Shown in pieces: positions 1 to 10,164 of a stretch of DNA of 64,000 nt. The position numbers were made by a program, and so were the translations under genes. A model generated the notes under the pieces. The model was not told the DNA's origin, made no database searches, and saw only the letters and a program-made list of their open reading frames with translations. Positions within the stretch are counted from its first letter, which is position 1, and each line of letters opens with the position of its first letter. Origin of the DNA: Candidatus Sumerlaeota bacterium (GTDB taxonomy: Bacteria; Sumerlaeota; Sumerlaeia; MWCT01; JAUWMI01); the NCBI GenBank assembly GCA_030613245.1, contig JAUWMI010000003.1:1062-65061 (forward strand), given 5' to 3'.

Positions 1-2
1 AC

Positions 3-458
3 GACTGGGGAACGCAGACGCAGATGGTGATTTCCCCACCTCTTTGGCGCAAGATTTTCCGGCCGTGCTACGAAGCCTTGTTTGATCAGGTGCGGGCCAA
101 AGGGCGCCTGATCTTCTTTCATAGCGACGGCTACATCCTTGATATCATCGGCGATCTGATTGATCTCGGCGTGAATGCGCTGAATTGTCAGGTGGCGTGT
201 ATGGGAGTACGAATGCTGGGAGAACGGTTCAGAAGGAAGGTATGCTTCTGGGGTGAGCTGGATCGGCAGCAGCAGCTGCCGCGAGGTGATCCTGATGGGA
301 TCAGGGCAGCAATTCGCGAGTCGGTGGAGTGCTTCAGCGCGGCAGAGGGCGGTCACATTTTTCAGGCCGAAGTGAACGCTGACGTCCCTCTCGTAAATAT
401 CCAGACCATGCTAGAGGGATGGCAGGAAATGGCCGACGTGCATCAGCAAGCATCGTGA
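3..458 (+). CDS. Uroporphyrinogen decarboxylase (URO-D)-family protein, 5' truncated by the window edge
   Basis: Frame is open from the window start (DWGTQTQM...). Motifs ISPxLWRKIF, FFHSDG, FWGELDRQ and VPLxNI are typical of URO-D/MtaA-like TIM barrels. Confidence 0.8.
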   Translation, partial: DWGTQTQMVISPPLWRKIFRPCYEALFDQVRAKGRLIFFHSDGYILDIIGDLIDLGVNALNCQVACMGVRMLGERFRRKVCFWGELDRQQQLPRGDPDGIRAAIRESVECFSAAEGGHIFQAEVNADVPLVNIQTMLEGWQEMADVHQQAS

Positions 459-577
459 GGGAGAGATTCCTCGTTGAGTAGGGACGTTAAATTTAAGGCC
501 CTTACCAGTACAGGTGTGGCACAACCCGGTATTCTGGATCTACGAAGGGCAGTGGTATCCCGGGGCTATCGCGGATC

Positions 578-2494
578 ATGAATAGCAAAGAATCATTAAA
601 ATCGAGGCGAGGGCCGAGCAGATTGCGGGCGGGATGGCTGGCGATCATTGCGGATGCAATCGTATTTCTGGGCTATTTCGCGAGTCTGAGTTTGCTCATT
701 CTCAGCCCGGCGAGCGGCTCTCATGAGCGTGTGGTGATGGTTCACCTTGTCATGAACGCGTTGCTTTTGCTGGTAGGGGTGAGGGTGTTACGCGAGCGGG
801 GCGAGCAAAGGCGAGTGTGTGCAATTGATGTGCTGATGATTTTCTTTGTTCTTAGTGCGGCGTTGAATGTGGTGGTAGCCGAAGTGAAACACGTGGCTCT
901 GATGCGTCTTCCACTGTATGTGGATTACGCCATTGCATATTGGGTGGGCTCGGTTGTATTTTCCCGGCGGGCCGGCGCCTTCTATGCGTTGATAGTCGGG
1001 TATAGCCTGTTGATTGGTGTGGCGTTTATTGCGACCTCCGGATCTGGAGCAGTGCTGCCTGTCTCTTTGCATATGCTTGGAATAGTAGGTGCGTTTTCTC
1101 TTGCCGGATTTCTGCTTGCCATTTGTGTACGGCCCTCTGCTGCGTGGTCACGCCTGGTCACGTGGTTACTTCTTGCTGGAGTGATAGGAATCGGGCTGGT
1201 GGATTATGCCACGACGTCAGGAGGGGCCTGGCAACATGGGACACAATCAGCCCAGAAACAGGCGTATTATAGCAGCTCCGTGGCAAGGGACATGTTTCAT
1301 GCCTCGCCGATTCTCGGATATGGAATCGGCAATTTCGAGCTTGTTGGCCGACGTTACAGCCCAGTTCCGACCACAGGCGGATTACATTTACGCAATAGCC
1401 ATCTTCTGGAGCTCATTGAGATGGGGGTAGTGGGGCTCATTGTAAAGTGGCTGGTGGTGATTTCGCTGCTGGTCTGGGCGTATCTGCGGCGTGTTCCTCG
1501 CAAGTGGTGGGAAGATGCGGTGTATTACCGGCTATCGTTTAGTGTAATCTGTGTTATGCTGGTAGACGCGTTCTGGTTTCCCACGTTTGCGGATGGTGCT
1601 TGCGGACTGCTATTCTGGGGAGTTGCTGGGGTGTTGGTGGGGAAATGCCTCGGGTTAAGACGAATTACGCCATCGGACGAAACTGCTACATCTCGTCCAT
1701 CGGAGGAGGGAGACCACACTGTTCTGGCCCATGAGAGTACTGGTGAGGAGCGGGAGGTATCGAGCCTTGATCGAGAGATGTTCACTCGCAGTATGCTTCC
1801 GCGCTCTGGTAGACGGCCTGTGCGGCGTTTATCCAGCGTGCGCAAATGGGCGAATATTTGCTTACTGGTTTGCGTAGTGGTGGTTCTTAGCATTGTAGAA
1901 TCGCTACCGGTTGTTGCGAATCGGCTCGCCCGGCTGAACCGAGGCGAAGCATTATGGAGTGAGAATTACGGGAAGCGTCTCGCTTTGGCCGCTTATCTGA
2001 TGCCGTATGATCCGACTTATCAGATGAAACTGGCTATTCATTATCACGCACTGATTGAGCATACGGGCGAAGCCGCGGTCTACATGCCGTGGATTGCCCA
2101 TGCCTATGAGCGGGCTGCGGAGCTAAACCCGTATGAGGAGGAGCCCGCAGTGCAGCTCGCGCGGTTTTTCCATGTAGCAGGGGATTATCTTTCGACGATC
2201 CACAGTCTGGAGGGTAGCCTTGTGTACCTGCCAATGTCGCCAGAGCTGCATGCCTGGCTGATACGGGCCTACATTGAGGCGGGTCATTATGAGAGGGCGC
2301 TGGAAGGATTGCAGCAATTGAGTGTGTTAATGCCTGCTAATGCATCTGTTCATGCGAAAATGGAAGCGCTGTATGAGAACATCGGAGAGTACCGCGCAGC
2401 GCTACGGGAGGCGTACTATGTGATTCAGAAAAATCCAACTGCCGTTGAGATGTGGGATAAAGTCCGGTATCTCAAACTTCGGGTGGCGTATTGA
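578..2494 (+). CDS. O-antigen ligase (Wzy_C)-family membrane protein with C-terminal TPRs
   Basis: Many TM helices; PILGYGIGNF and HLRNSHLLELIEMGVVG motifs; TPR-like C-terminus. Confidence 0.75.
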   Translation: MNSKESLKSRRGPSRLRAGWLAIIADAIVFLGYFASLSLLILSPASGSHERVVMVHLVMNALLLLVGVRVLRERGEQRRVCAIDVLMIFFVLSAALNVVVAEVKHVALMRLPLYVDYAIAYWVGSVVFSRRAGAFYALIVGYSLLIGVAFIATSGSGAVLPVSLHMLGIVGAFSLAGFLLAICVRPSAAWSRLVTWLLLAGVIGIGLVDYATTSGGAWQHGTQSAQKQAYYSSSVARDMFHASPILGYGIGNFELVGRRYSPVPTTGGLHLRNSHLLELIEMGVVGLIVKWLVVISLLVWAYLRRVPRKWWEDAVYYRLSFSVICVMLVDAFWFPTFADGACGLLFWGVAGVLVGKCLGLRRITPSDETATSRPSEEGDHTVLAHESTGEEREVSSLDREMFTRSMLPRSGRRPVRRLSSVRKWANICLLVCVVVVLSIVESLPVVANRLARLNRGEALWSENYGKRLALAAYLMPYDPTYQMKLAIHYHALIEHTGEAAVYMPWIAHAYERAAELNPYEEEPAVQLARFFHVAGDYLSTIHSLEGSLVYLPMSPELHAWLIRAYIEAGHYERALEGLQQLSVLMPANASVHAKMEALYENIGEYRAALREAYYVIQKNPTAVEMWDKVRYLKLRVAY

Positions 2495-2525
2495 GTTACT
2501 GTACGTTTTCCTCGAGTGCGTGGCC

Positions 2526-2747
2526 TCAAAGAACGGCTTCAACGCGTTCAACTTCTGGGACCGATTCCTTGAGTTTTCGTTCCACGCCCATGCGTAGGGT
2601 CATCTGAGCGCCCGGGCACCCAGCACAGGCGCCTTTCAGGCGCACATGCACGACCTTGTCTTCAATTTTCACCAACTCGATATCTCCCCCATCAGCCTGG
2701 AGTAAGGGCCGAATCTCCTCGATAGCCTGTCGAACTTTTTCTTCCAT
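2526..2747 (-). CDS. nfu: NifU/NfuA C-terminal domain Fe-S carrier
   Basis: IRPLLQADGGDIELV...LKGACAGCP signature with CxxC. Confidence 0.92.
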   Translation of the reverse strand: MEEKVRQAIEEIRPLLQADGGDIELVKIEDKVVHVRLKGACAGCPGAQMTLRMGVERKLKESVPEVERVEAVL

Positions 2748-3010
2748 TGGTTTGTCTCCCTTGATTTGATCCGAATGAGAGTTACATGAGGTATCCTTAC
2801 GCTACCGTTGACCGTGGGGTATGTGAGCTATTTCGCGTTCTGAAAGGCTTGGCATTTCGTTCTTTGCCGGTGTCGTGATGTTTGTTGCTTGTCAGTACAG
2901 CTTCTTGAGATAGAACCCCCATGCCTTCGCCGGAAAAATTTTTATTTTTCAAATTTCCCCACGGCACATTTTTCTATTTTCCAGGCGAAACCGGAAAAAA
3001 CAAGGGTTTT

Positions 3011-4111
3011 TTAACTGCCTCCGTCACTTTTTTTGGCTTTTACGATTTCCAATTTCAGCACTACCAGCCCTTTGTCCCAGTCTGCTACTAATATATAGGG
3101 AAGTTTGACGGCGATGCCGGTAGCATTTCCGGGGGTATCGTAATGAGCGAGCAGCGTCGGGGAGGTTGGGACTTCAATATCATAGAGATCAAGCCCTTCT
3201 TTGTCGCGTGTCATCAATAAGAGGTTTTGAAGCAGGTAGATGTCTTTGATTGAGCCGGAGTGTATGAGAATTTTCGCCACAGGTTTTGGATGAAGTGGAT
3301 CGCTAACCTCAATGATTATAATACCGCGGCGTCTGTTGCAAACAAAGGCAAGCGAGTTGCTGATCCTCACGGTATCACAAAAACCGCCGACAGAGAAAGA
3401 TTTCAGCAATTTGGGCTGAATCGGATCGGTTAGATCGAGGATTTTGAATGCATCGTCGTAGGAATCTGCCAGGTAGGCGTAGTGGCCTGAGATCTCGGCC
3501 ATTTTCGTGTAGTTGACGTCACTAAACCGCCCGATTTCCTGGAGCCGATTGCCCTTGACTTCCTTGATAACGGCTATGCCTTCTCCGCCGCAGCATGCGT
3601 AGATCAGATCGTCGTGCAGCACAAGTGAGGTTGTGATCCCGGGAACCTGAAGCGAGGCTGTTCGCCTGGGGTCAGCAGGCTTGCTGATATCAAAGAGCTG
3701 GACACCGTAGAAGCGGTCAGCAACATACAACCGATTTCCCTTTACCACGAGCGAGAGGGGATAGAGGCCAGTGGCCACATGGCGGAGGAGCTCAATCTGC
3801 TCAATATCGGAGATATCCAATACAGCCATGCCACCCATGTTCAGCGCCACGAAAGCGTGGTTGCCCTGAATGGCAATGTGGCGAGCCGTTCCTGGCAAAG
3901 GGAAGGTTGTAACATGAAGCAGCTGGTACTGGGGTTTGGGCTGTGACGTTGGATTTGTGTTGAGGTAAGGAAGCGACGTTGCATCAGGCCACGCTTCATG
4001 ACGGAGGCAGGCCCAGATTGTGAACAGGCCAACTGCCAACAAGGCTGGAGTAAGGCGCCTGTAGATTTTCTTAATGCTCTGAAGCAACATCTCGAAACAT
4101 ACTGTTAGCAT
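3011..4111 (-). CDS. LVIVD-repeat (beta-propeller) protein, probably exported
   Basis: Repeated YVAD/AYLAD...GL-x-L-x-DISxP units; hydrophobic N-terminal segment. Confidence 0.8.
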   Translation of the reverse strand: MLTVCFEMLLQSIKKIYRRLTPALLAVGLFTIWACLRHEAWPDATSLPYLNTNPTSQPKPQYQLLHVTTFPLPGTARHIAIQGNHAFVALNMGGMAVLDISDIEQIELLRHVATGLYPLSLVVKGNRLYVADRFYGVQLFDISKPADPRRTASLQVPGITTSLVLHDDLIYACCGGEGIAVIKEVKGNRLQEIGRFSDVNYTKMAEISGHYAYLADSYDDAFKILDLTDPIQPKLLKSFSVGGFCDTVRISNSLAFVCNRRRGIIIIEVSDPLHPKPVAKILIHSGSIKDIYLLQNLLLMTRDKEGLDLYDIEVPTSPTLLAHYDTPGNATGIAVKLPYILVADWDKGLVVLKLEIVKAKKSDGGS

Positions 4112-4218
4112 AGCTCTTAGGTATTGACAATATAAAATGAAGATATTAAGGAGAGTTTGCTTTTCGTACCTATGGGATTGAGCTTCATTATACTGGATTT
4201 TGCCTGTGAGGTGTACTT

Positions 4219-4680
4219 ATGGCTGCCAGACAAGGCCAACGGCGCGAGACTCACAAAGCTGTCATGTGGGGTCAGGTGATTCTGAGCTGGCTAATTCCCG
4301 GGAGTGGCTTTGTGCTGCGTAAGCACTATGCACGAGGAGTCGTTTTGTTTTTGCTGATAAATGTAACGTTTATGATCGGAGTGCTGCTGCATGGAGCGGT
4401 TGTGTGGCCGATCTGGAATCGGCACATCGAAGGCTTTAATATTGTGAATAACCTGACTTTCATAATTCAGCTTGGGAATGGGCTTTTAAGCTTGCTCAGC
4501 CTGGTGGGTCACTCGCTTGGGCCGAATGGAGTACTTACTGGCAAAGAGTGGCATGCGTATTTTGACTTGGCGTCTTTCTACTTGCTCGTATCTGGTGGCA
4601 TGAATTACTTTGTCGTTTGTCATTTTTGTGATCGGTTTTCCGGAAGGGCCAAAGACAAAAGTTCGGGCAAGTCCGCCTGA
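4219..4680 (+). CDS. Hypothetical membrane protein (DUF6677-like)
   Basis: LSWLIPGSG motif, several TM segments and a C-terminal SGGMN; GAGGTG RBS. Confidence 0.6.
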   Translation: MAARQGQRRETHKAVMWGQVILSWLIPGSGFVLRKHYARGVVLFLLINVTFMIGVLLHGAVVWPIWNRHIEGFNIVNNLTFIIQLGNGLLSLLSLVGHSLGPNGVLTGKEWHAYFDLASFYLLVSGGMNYFVVCHFCDRFSGRAKDKSSGKSA

Positions 4681-4708
4681 GGCGGACAGTTCCACACGGG
4701 GGTAGGAG

Positions 4709-4894
4709 ATGTCGCTTGGTATAGTAAACATCCTGTCGTTATTATACTTATCTATGGTCGTGGCACTGGTTCTCAGTATCAGCGAGCACGAGGAGATACG
4801 GCCTATTTTACGGGCAACGTTGCGGCGCTGGGGGTTAGGGGTGGGACTACTGATTGGCTTTGGGATACTTGTTTATTTGCTGGGCAACTTGTAG
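4709..4894 (+). CDS. Small two-TM membrane protein
   Basis: Two hydrophobic helices; follows the previous gene directly. Confidence 0.55.
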   Translation: MSLGIVNILSLLYLSMVVALVLSISEHEEIRPILRATLRRWGLGVGLLIGFGILVYLLGNL

Positions 4895-4971
4895 AATGGT
4901 AGAATGGCAGAAAGGCGGGTCTCTGAGGGCGCCAATTGTGAAAAATTGTGAAGTAAGACCAAAAAATCTTC

Positions 4972-5000
4972 TTGACATCAAGGAGACACGAGGGTAAAAA
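4972..5000 (+). promoter_or_regulatory. Putative sigma-70 promoter of the pilin gene
   Basis: TTGACA-17 bp-TAAAAA, upstream of a strong AGGAGG RBS. Confidence 0.55.
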
Positions 5001-5071
5001 TCGGTCATAAGAAAATTGGCATCGGTCAATGTAGTGAGGAAGTAAATTTTAAAGAGAAAGGAGGGATAAGT

Positions 5072-5743
5072 ATGAAAAAAATGAGAGGATTCACTCTCAT
5101 TGAGCTCCTCATCGTCGTGGCGATCATTGCGATTTTGGCAGCTATCGCAATACCGAACTTTCTGGATGCCCAGATTAGGTCAAAAGTATCGCGTGTCAAG
5201 ACAGATCAGCGCTCATTGGCAACAGGATTGGAAGCCTATTTCGTTGATTCTAACTCATATGTGGCCTATGCTGTGGGCGACCAGGGTGCAAATGGTTTTG
5301 CGATGCCCGCTCCAGGGGCTGGTAATGACCAAGTCGGGGCTACTTTGATTTATACCTTCCGGGTCCATACACCAGGAAATGAATATTTCCACACACTCAC
5401 CACCCCGATTGCGTACATGACCAGCTTTATTCGCGATCCTTTCGCGGATACGAAAATGTCTGGCTTTGGCTACTACTGCGATATCAGTGGTTGGATTATC
5501 ACTAGCTATGGTCCGGACACAGACGAAAACTGGGCTGCTTCGTCGGGTGCCAGTAAAGTGCCGGGTGACCTTCGGATGACAAATAACGAACCCGAGGTGG
5601 AGACCGTTTACACCAGCATGCATTCACAGCCAACATTGACGCTGCAGTGCCTGTTCAGTGCGCATGCGCCGGGAGAAGCCTTTACGTATGACCCAACCAA
5701 TGGAACTATTAGCCCGGGCGATGTTTATCGGGTGAAGCAGTAA
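5072..5743 (+). CDS. Type IV pilin / pseudopilin-like protein (pilin A)
   Basis: Class III signal RG|FTLIELLIVVAIIAILAAIAIP; C-terminal SYGPD and YDPTNGTISPGD. Confidence 0.9.
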   Translation: MKKMRGFTLIELLIVVAIIAILAAIAIPNFLDAQIRSKVSRVKTDQRSLATGLEAYFVDSNSYVAYAVGDQGANGFAMPAPGAGNDQVGATLIYTFRVHTPGNEYFHTLTTPIAYMTSFIRDPFADTKMSGFGYYCDISGWIITSYGPDTDENWAASSGASKVPGDLRMTNNEPEVETVYTSMHSQPTLTLQCLFSAHAPGEAFTYDPTNGTISPGDVYRVKQ

Positions 5744-5785
5744 GTGTAGCATCTGTTGGTGTTATAGACGGTTGATTGTATCTTC

Positions 5786-5823
5786 CAGGCAGACTGAGCT
5801 ACTCAGTCTGTCTGTTTTTTTTT
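5786..5823 (+). terminator. Rho-independent terminator
   Basis: Hairpin caggcagactgag-cta-ctcagtctgtctg followed by a T run. Confidence 0.85.
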
Positions 5824-6067
5824 ATCTATTCCTACCTTGCACAAGTAGTTTACGCACCACATTGAACGTAGTCATCAAAACCTAGTTTAATCCGGTGTTG
5901 AAACGTTCTTTTCTCCAGCTGGTTTCAAGGCGGGATTATATGTGCTCTTAATTGGGAATTCGCAACATGGAAGATTGTTTATCCAGGGAATGAGGCCAAA
6001 AGGTATGCGTTGCATGGCTCTGGGGTGTTGCACATGGACGTGATGAAAAGCGAAGAGGCAAATGGGA

Positions 6068-6763
6068 TCAACCCTGCTTATTATACTCAGCCAGCACTTT
6101 CTTCAGATCGTTCCAGACGGTCTGGCGATTTGCGGGGTGGTAGAGGAGGCTGGCGGGATGATAGGTAGGAATCAGTGGAATATGGTGATACAAATAGCGA
6201 TTGCCCCTGAGTTTGGATATGGTAGCCGAGGTGCGCAGTAGTGTTTGGGCGGCATATCTCCCAAGGGTGCATATGACTCGCGGTTTAAGAATGTCGAGCT
6301 GTTGAACCAGGTAGTCTTCGCAGGCGGCAACTTCGTCGGCTTGCGGATCGCGATTATTCGGAGGACGACACTTTATGACGTTGCAGATGAAGACGTCGCG
6401 TCGGGTCAAGCCCATCTGCTCGATGAACTTAGTCAGAATATTGCCTGCGGCACCTACAAATGGCCGGCCTTGCAGGTCTTCGTTCTCGCCCGGAGCTTCT
6501 CCGACGAATACTACCCCGGCGTTGGGATTCCCTTCCCCAAAGACCACGTGGTTACGCGTTTTCGCCAGTCTGCACTTCACGCAGTGTTCGACCTTGGAGC
6601 GCAGCTGTTCAAGTCGTCTGCGTTTCGCTTCTGGAGATGGAGACTCAGAGACGCCAACAAAGTGCGACCCGGTGGCTTTCAGAAATGCAAGATAGTTTTT
6701 AAGGTCTCGAACGATTTTGCGGGGCGATGATGAGGATGAACTCTTCATGATGTTGCAGACCAT
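6068..6763 (-). CDS. udg: Uracil-DNA glycosylase, family 4
   Basis: CxxC, GEAPG, PFVGAAG, KCRPPNNR and TYHPA motifs. Confidence 0.92.
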   Translation of the reverse strand: MVCNIMKSSSSSSPRKIVRDLKNYLAFLKATGSHFVGVSESPSPEAKRRRLEQLRSKVEHCVKCRLAKTRNHVVFGEGNPNAGVVFVGEAPGENEDLQGRPFVGAAGNILTKFIEQMGLTRRDVFICNVIKCRPPNNRDPQADEVAACEDYLVQQLDILKPRVICTLGRYAAQTLLRTSATISKLRGNRYLYHHIPLIPTYHPASLLYHPANRQTVWNDLKKVLAEYNKQG

Positions 6764-6808
6764 AGGAGCAGTTTGCAGTGTAATGCGACCATAGAGGAGG
6801 GGCAGGCA

Positions 6809-7909
6809 CTAAAATCCACCAATAATTCTGGAACGATCGTCACCTGCATATCCTCCGCCGACAATGCGTTTAAATGCTGGCACATCCTCGGCATTTATCA
6901 TTCCGGTTTCCAGGGTGATGAGCTTCTTGTTGTACAGATCGACTAATGATTGATCAAATGTTTGCATTCCCTCGCCGCGGTTTTTGATCACCTGCACCAT
7001 ATCGTCAACTCGATCTTCGCGCATGAGCTTTCGGACAATGTCGTTGACGATCATGATTTCTACGCAAGGAACCTGGCCTTGATTATCCGTGGCAGGGATA
7101 AGCCGCTGGGAGATTACGGCCTTCAGTGCGATGCCAAGGTCGGAGCGCAGGAGGTGCTGCTCGTCGGTGGGGAAGTAATTGATGATGCGGTTTACGGTCT
7201 GAACCGCGTTGATGGTGTGCAGAGTGCTAATGACGAGATGACCGGTCATGGCAGCGCGGATGGCGTTGGTAATAGTCTCGCGGTCGCGCATTTCGCCAAT
7301 GAGAATGACGTCCGGATCCTGGCGGAGTGTGTGGCGCAGGCTCTGCTCGAACGAGCGAGCATCTATGCCGATCTCTCGCTGCTCGATTAAGCTCATCTTG
7401 TCCTTGTGGAGAAATTCAATTGGGTCTTCGATGGTAATGATATGCTCTTTGCGGGTGGAGTTGATATAATCCACAATGGCAGCCATTGTGGTAGACTTGC
7501 CTGTGCCGGTCGGGCCGGTAATAAGGATCATGCCACGACGGTATTCTGATATTTTACTGAGAACTGGTGGGAGAGTGAGATCGTCAAAGCTCAAATGTTC
7601 GTACTGAAGACGTCGCAATGAAAGACTGAGCGTGCCTCGTTGATAGAAAGCGTTTGAGCGGAATCGGGTAGTGTTGTCAATGCTGAAAGCGAAGTCAACG
7701 GAGCCATCACGCTTGAGAAATTCCTGGAGCTTGTTCGGGACGATTTTTTCCACAATGGCGGCCACTTCTTCCTTGGTGAGAGGAGGATGCTTGATCGGCA
7801 CCAGCTCCCCGTTCACACGGTAGATCGGGACCGCACCGGTTTTGAGATGGATGTCAGATGCATTCATTGTCTCCATTTGTTTGAGCAGCTCGCTGAAATT
7901 AACGGCCAT
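6809..7909 (-). CDS. pilT: PilT/PilU type IV pilus retraction ATPase
   Basis: ASDIHL, GPTGTGKSTT, TIEDPIE, LRQDPDVILIGEMRD, TGHLVISTLH and GMQTFDQSL motifs. Confidence 0.92.
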   Translation of the reverse strand: MAVNFSELLKQMETMNASDIHLKTGAVPIYRVNGELVPIKHPPLTKEEVAAIVEKIVPNKLQEFLKRDGSVDFAFSIDNTTRFRSNAFYQRGTLSLSLRRLQYEHLSFDDLTLPPVLSKISEYRRGMILITGPTGTGKSTTMAAIVDYINSTRKEHIITIEDPIEFLHKDKMSLIEQREIGIDARSFEQSLRHTLRQDPDVILIGEMRDRETITNAIRAAMTGHLVISTLHTINAVQTVNRIINYFPTDEQHLLRSDLGIALKAVISQRLIPATDNQGQVPCVEIMIVNDIVRKLMREDRVDDMVQVIKNRGEGMQTFDQSLVDLYNKKLITLETGMINAEDVPAFKRIVGGGYAGDDRSRIIGGF

Positions 7910-7980
7910 AAATCATCACCTCTATTTCTGGAAGAAAATATTGTAAAATGCAATTTCTAATTTGCAATTTACAATTCAAC

Positions 7981-9255
7981 TCAGGATTTCCGTTTTTGCT
8001 TTTTCTTGGCCACGGGCTTTATTAGTAATGCTAGCTTATCCATGACGTGCGCGGCAACCTCTATTTTCGTCATGCGAGGAAGCGACTGGGTTGTGCCCTG
8101 TTTGTAAATAAGAGTTACTTTATTGAAATCGGACTGAAACCCCGAGTCTGACTGGCCTACGATGTTGGCGACGATCATATCAAAGCCTTTCGCGGCCAGT
8201 TTCTGTTTTGCCTGCCGCACGAGATCGCGAGTTTCTGCAGCGAAGCCGACGACAATCTGGTGTGGTGATTTCTTCTTGCAAACGGCGGCAGCGATATCGG
8301 GATTTGGGACAAGCACGGTGTGGAGGGAGGCGGAGGATTTTTTTCGTTTTTGCGGCTCCTGACTTGCCGGGCGGTAGTCTGAAACGGCTGCAGCAAGGAT
8401 GATGGCATCTGCTGTTTTGAGGCGTTTCATGACGGCCTGATGCATCTCGCGAGCAGTAATTACGCGGCGCACCATAATCCCTGGAGGATCGGGAAGGCTT
8501 GTGGGCCCTGAGATGAGGGTTACCTGGGCGCCACGGCGTGTCGCCTCCTCAGCGAGCGCATAGCCCATTTTGCCCGATGAAGGATTGGAAAGGTAGCGCA
8601 CGGGATCGAAGTATTCATGCGTTGGCCCTGCAGTGACAAGGATGCGATGTCCTGCCAGCGCAGTGCAGTGGCTGAAATATGAGGAAATGACTTCGAGAAT
8701 TCTTTCTGGCTCCTCCAGGCGGCCAATGCCTTTCTCTCCACTGGCCAGAAAGCCGGTTTGCGGTGGAATCTGGCGAATACCGCGCCCTGCCAGCTGGCGC
8801 AGGTTCTCCTGCACAATGGGATGTGTATACATGGTGCTGTTCATCGCGGGTGCAATGAAGGTGGGCCCTTGAAAGGAGAGGAACAGAGTAGATAAGGAGT
8901 CGTCGGCAATCCCCTGGGCGAATTTGCCAATAATATTGGCTGTGGCAGGGGCAACCAGGAGTAGGTCGCCCCACTCGCTGAGGGCGATGTGTTCCATCTC
9001 CCATCCATGTTCGCGGCTGAAGAGACCAGTATAGACCGGATGTCGGGACATGGCTTCAAATGTGATTGGTGCCACAAGTTTCGTGGCAGCATGAGTCATG
9101 ACGACCTTGACGTCTGCGCCTTGTTTGCGAAACAGGCTGCACAGGTCAAGGGCTTTGTAGATGGCAATGCTCCCCGAGACGCCGAGGATGATGTGTTTCT
9201 CTTTAAGCATCGGGAGTGTGGCTTTCGTGTTTTGTTTTCCATGCCTTGATTTCAT
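7981..9255 (-). CDS. coaBC: Bifunctional phosphopantothenoylcysteine decarboxylase/ligase (start may be ATG 9210)
   Basis: GVSGSIAIYK, PAMN, TAGPTxExxDPVR and SSGKMG motifs. Confidence 0.95.
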   Translation of the reverse strand: MKSRHGKQNTKATLPMLKEKHIILGVSGSIAIYKALDLCSLFRKQGADVKVVMTHAATKLVAPITFEAMSRHPVYTGLFSREHGWEMEHIALSEWGDLLLVAPATANIIGKFAQGIADDSLSTLFLSFQGPTFIAPAMNSTMYTHPIVQENLRQLAGRGIRQIPPQTGFLASGEKGIGRLEEPERILEVISSYFSHCTALAGHRILVTAGPTHEYFDPVRYLSNPSSGKMGYALAEEATRRGAQVTLISGPTSLPDPPGIMVRRVITAREMHQAVMKRLKTADAIILAAAVSDYRPASQEPQKRKKSSASLHTVLVPNPDIAAAVCKKKSPHQIVVGFAAETRDLVRQAKQKLAAKGFDMIVANIVGQSDSGFQSDFNKVTLIYKQGTTQSLPRMTKIEVAAHVMDKLALLIKPVAKKKQKRKS

Positions 9256-9290
9256 TTGCCTTTTCCCCTAACCGACAAACCGACAAACTG

Positions 9291-9932
9291 TCATGAGACC
9301 TCATTTTCAGACGGCTTGATGATGCTGTTGCCAACGGCGACAGTGAGTCGCGAGGTGCGCGCTCGCTCGGCGCGAATGATGGCTTTCGCTGTCTCAATGG
9401 TCTCATCGAGAGCATCATTTACAATTACATAATCGTACTTGCCTGTATGTTCTATCTCTTTGCGACCATTGGACAGGCGTACCTGAATTATCTCTTCGCT
9501 ATCGAGTTTTCGTTCGCGTAGCCGCTTTTTCAGCTCCGCGAGGCTTGGGGGTAGTAAGAATATAATCACCGCATCGGGTGACAGGCGTTTCACGTTTAGG
9601 GCACCCTGAACATCCAGGTCCAGCAGGACATCTCTACCTTTACTGAGCTTTTCTGCAATGAGATCTTTCCGGGTGCCGTAAAGGTAATTGTGTACCCATG
9701 CCCATTCGTAGAATTGGTTTTCTTTGATCATCCGCTTGAATTCCTCTTCAGTGACGAACCAGTACGACTGGCCATGCACTTCCCCTGAGCGTGGTGGGCG
9801 GGTGGTGGCCGATACGGAGTAATCCAGCGTGTCGTCTGAAGAGAGCAGAGCGCGCAGTATGGTTGATTTCCCGCCACCAGAGGGGGCAGAGACAACAAAT
9901 AAAATACCATTTCGACTGAGGGTAATGGTCAT
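9291..9932 (-). CDS. gmk: Guanylate kinase
   Basis: SAPSGGGKST, SVSATTRPPR, YGT and DLDVQGA motifs. Confidence 0.96.
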   Translation of the reverse strand: MTITLSRNGILFVVSAPSGGGKSTILRALLSSDDTLDYSVSATTRPPRSGEVHGQSYWFVTEEEFKRMIKENQFYEWAWVHNYLYGTRKDLIAEKLSKGRDVLLDLDVQGALNVKRLSPDAVIIFLLPPSLAELKKRLRERKLDSEEIIQVRLSNGRKEIEHTGKYDYVIVNDALDETIETAKAIIRAERARTSRLTVAVGNSIIKPSENEVS

Positions 9933-10164
9933 GATGTCTGCGTTAGATTTTTCACGGATATTGTTATCAAGCCATAAGGGTGTTTTGTTTAAACACCGCC
10001 ACAGAGATCATCAGAGAATAATTCGTGCCATTCGTGTACTTGTAAAACGCAGTTAACACGAATGGGAACGAATGAAAACAAATTCCACGAATTAACTCCC
10101 TTTGCAGGGAAAACTGGATACTACTAAACGTATTCTGGACTGGGAAAATAGACTCGGCTTTTTC

